DNA of 9,944 nt from Azolla caroliniana. Taxonomy: Eukaryota > Plantae > Polypodiophyta. A program made the position numbers and the translations under genes. Below are positions 7,520-9,944 of the stretch, piece after piece. Position 1 is the stretch's first letter; each line of letters begins with the position of its first letter. Below the pieces are notes generated by a model. The model was given only the letters and a program-made list of their open reading frames with translations. It was not told the origin of the DNA and searched no databases. The stretch is from contig JBHGNT010001310.1 of assembly GCA_043228905.1 (NCBI GenBank), forward strand, positions 1 through 9,944, written 5' to 3'.

Positions 7520-9943
7520 TCATTGTTCACCCAAATTGTCCAAATTACTTTGTTCCAGAATTTCCACTTGTTCTTCCGGTTGTGGTTGTTGCGGCTGTGC
7601 TTGCTGCTGCTGCTGTGGTTGCGGTTGGGACTGAGGCTGCTCCGGCTGCTCTGCTTGCTGCTGCTGCTCCGTTTGTTTCTCTGACTCCGGCTGCTCCGTT
7701 TGTCTCTCTGACTCCGGCATCTCCGTTTGACTGCTTCCGGTCCGGTCTCCTTCCAGTAACGGTTCCTCATCACTGAGGTTGACCGTAACCGGTTCTCGTG
7801 CTTTCTCTTCCCGGATCCGGGACCTCTCATAGCTTTCAAACTGGATCTGCGCCTCCAGCCTGTCGTCGTCCAGCTGAGCTACAAGTTGCCGGACTTGCCC
7901 TAGTTGGTCGTCTGCCAAGGCTTGAAAGTCTTCGGCCAGCTCATCTCTTATGCCGGTGAAGTCTTCGGAAGTCAGCATATAGCAATCATCTCCCTCCTTC
8001 CGCCGGTTCTCTACGTCAGCCCGGAGCAATTGGAGTTCCGCCGCGTTCGTGGCCCACTTGGTCCACCATTTGACAGAACCGTTGTCAATCAAGCTCTTGG
8101 TCTGGTTCAACCAGGCCCGCATGATGTCCTGGATGCGACTTGCTCCCATTTGTGCTCTGCTTTCCACAACTTGTCGCTCCTCCTTCAGCTGCTTGATGAG
8201 ATTCGCCGTATCCTCCGCCTGCTCTCTGTAGCGCGTCAGCTGCCCTTGATATGTCGTTTGCAGCCTCTGCAGTACCTCCGCCGCTCTTTCTTTTTCCGCC
8301 TGCTGTTGCCTGAGGAGCTCTGTCCGAACCTTCTCCGCCTCTTCCAACCGTCTTCTGGTTTCCACTTGTTCCTTGGCGAATGCGGTTGCGGTCCGATCAA
8401 CTGCTTACCGGAGCTCATCCGTTCGTTCCTTGTGCTCCGTTTGCAACCGTTTATACTCCCGGTGCAAGTGCTCAAATTCCTCCGTTTTTTGTTTGAGCTT
8501 GCCGTTGATCTGGCGCTGGTTCCGGTCCTCCCGGTCCTTTACCTGCCGGAGTTCCTCTTTCAAGCGCTCTACTTCTGTTTCGGCGTTCCTCCGGAGCCTC
8601 TCCTTCTCTTGCAGCATTTTCTCCTTTTCTTCCTTGAGCCGGTCGTACGCTTGGTGGCCCTTCCGTAAGCTCTCCTCAGCCCGGCGTAGATTCTCAGCAG
8701 TCTTTTTGAGTTCTGCCTCCGCTGCCGTCTTCAACTCTCTTTCGCGGCTCCTCAGCGCTTCTTGGGCAGCTAGCTCATCCTTTAAATCCGCAAGCTCTTG
8801 GGCTTGTGCCGCATTTCTCTCCGGAACGGTTTCCGTTGCCGGGGTCTGATTGCTATGTACAGGTTGATCTGACGCTTTATTCTGTACATTGCCCGGAGTC
8901 ACCGGTGCTTGGACTTGTGTTGTCAACGCGAATTGAGCCATTTCCCTTGTGACCCTGTCCAAGTCTTGTTCAAGGCTCCGGATTCTGGACCGGGCCGTCT
9001 CTAGATCTACGGTTGTGACGAGCAACCGTTCGTTGTGCGCTCTCTCCTCTGCCTCTATGTACTCGACCGCTCCGGCGATCTGCTCGCCTACCCACCGTAG
9101 CCACATGCTACTGGTGCCTTGCTGCTGTACTGGTCCTCCTCCTTGGCCGCCGTGTGTGCTGGCTGGGTTCGCCGGCTGCTGAGTTCCGGTTCTCGCCGTC
9201 TCCGGAGCCGTTGGAATGACTTCTTCTATAGAAGTCGACAAGGCCGGTTCCATACGCACCGGTTCCGGCTCCTCCCTCGTGGTTTGCTCAGGTTGAGTTG
9301 GGGGCGTTTCTTCCTCTTGCGGGTACGAACGCTCCCCCGCTGTCCCGGCGGTCCTACTTCTTGACCGTCGTTGGAGGTGCTCTTCTGGCTCCTCCGTTTC
9401 CTCTTCCTGGGTAACGGCCTGTTTCTGTGCCGTCAAGGGTTCCGGTTCCTTCTGTCCCGGTCGCCGTATGGTTATCTTAACGGGTCGGACCGGTGACACC
9501 TCCTCCGGTTCTGAGAGCCGTTTCTTCCCTTTCGTCGCCTTCGACGCCAACAGCTGCTGTCGTTTGGACGCCGGCTTCAAGGTGCTTCCTTCCGATACTC
9601 TTGGCCGCTTCTTTGGCTGGACGGTCTCGACCGGCGGCACGAGCAATGTTATCCACTGAGCTACGGCATGCCACAGCTTCCGGCCCTCCTTGCCGTCCTT
9701 TCCTCGTACCATGTCGATTGCCACGCACAACCCGTCTGCAATCAACACCGGCCAGTCCACCTTGATCCCTTCATAGGTGGCTATGATCATCCCTGCCCGA
9801 TTTTTTGGCATGACAGGGGGTCGGGGGTACACGTGGCCGTACTCATGGAGCACTCGAGCTATCTCCCTGAATAGCGGATCTTCGCCGCCCTGCGTCCGAT
9901 AGCCTTTGCCGGCAACAGAGTACTCACCGAAATATCGGATGAG
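7520..9943 (-). pseudogene. Retrotransposon extra ORF (globular N-terminal part, disordered linker, long coiled coil, Q/P/E tail), >=808 codons with one internal stop
   Basis: ORFs 8405-9853 and 7520-8365 share a frame and are separated only by TAA at 8405-8407 (ELR*AVDRTATAFAKEQVETRR). The frame stays open to the window end (LIRYFGEYSVAGKGYRTQGGEDPLFREIARV...). Confidence 0.8.
7575..7729. repeat. CAG/CAA-rich low-complexity tract plus 27-bp tandem repeat (~2.4 copies)
   Basis: Units at 7664-7690 and 7691-7717 with a partial copy at 7718-7729; encodes QTEQPESE(R/K) repeats and poly-Q/P. Confidence 0.9.
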
Positions 9944-9944
9944 T

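Noticed and set aside
7417-9874. Overlapping ORFs such as 7904-8668, 8373-8849 and 7417-7839
   Set aside because: Antisense or alternate-frame shadows of the GC-rich coiled-coil ORF.
7520-9943. Host myosin/SMC-like gene or env gene
   Set aside because: Intronless, abuts a PBS/LTR, and has no ATPase motif or clear transmembrane segment in view.

Overview
Eukaryotic, plant-type repetitive DNA made of nested, mostly decayed LTR retrotransposons; I see no host gene. A moss such as Physcomitrium is plausible, but that is inference from element type. From left to right: (1) a Ty3/Gypsy pre-RT pol remnant on the minus strand running off the window edge; (2) an AT-rich LTR (minus, ~586-1376) with a duplicated terminus; (3) a Ty1/Copia RT-RNase H pseudogene (minus, 1377-2149); (4) a 5' LTR, tRNA-iMet PBS and leader of another element (+, 2150-2967); (5) an LTR with heat-shock elements, an antisense tRNA-like A/B-box module and an apparently inverted R-U5 half (2968-3405); (6) a Tf1/sushi/Tcn1-type Gypsy element (minus; gag, -1 frameshift signal, PR-RT-RH, truncated IN; 5' LTR 6659-7049); (7) a GC-rich, apparently younger element (+; 5' LTR 7050-7467, tRNA-Arg-type PBS) followed directly by an antisense coiled-coil ORF of over 800 codons with one nonsense codon. 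The most interesting items are the 5' antisense ORF, the HSE arrays and tRNA-like module shared by two diverged LTRs, the R-U5 inversion suggesting self-priming, and the GUUAAAC plus hairpin frameshift signal.
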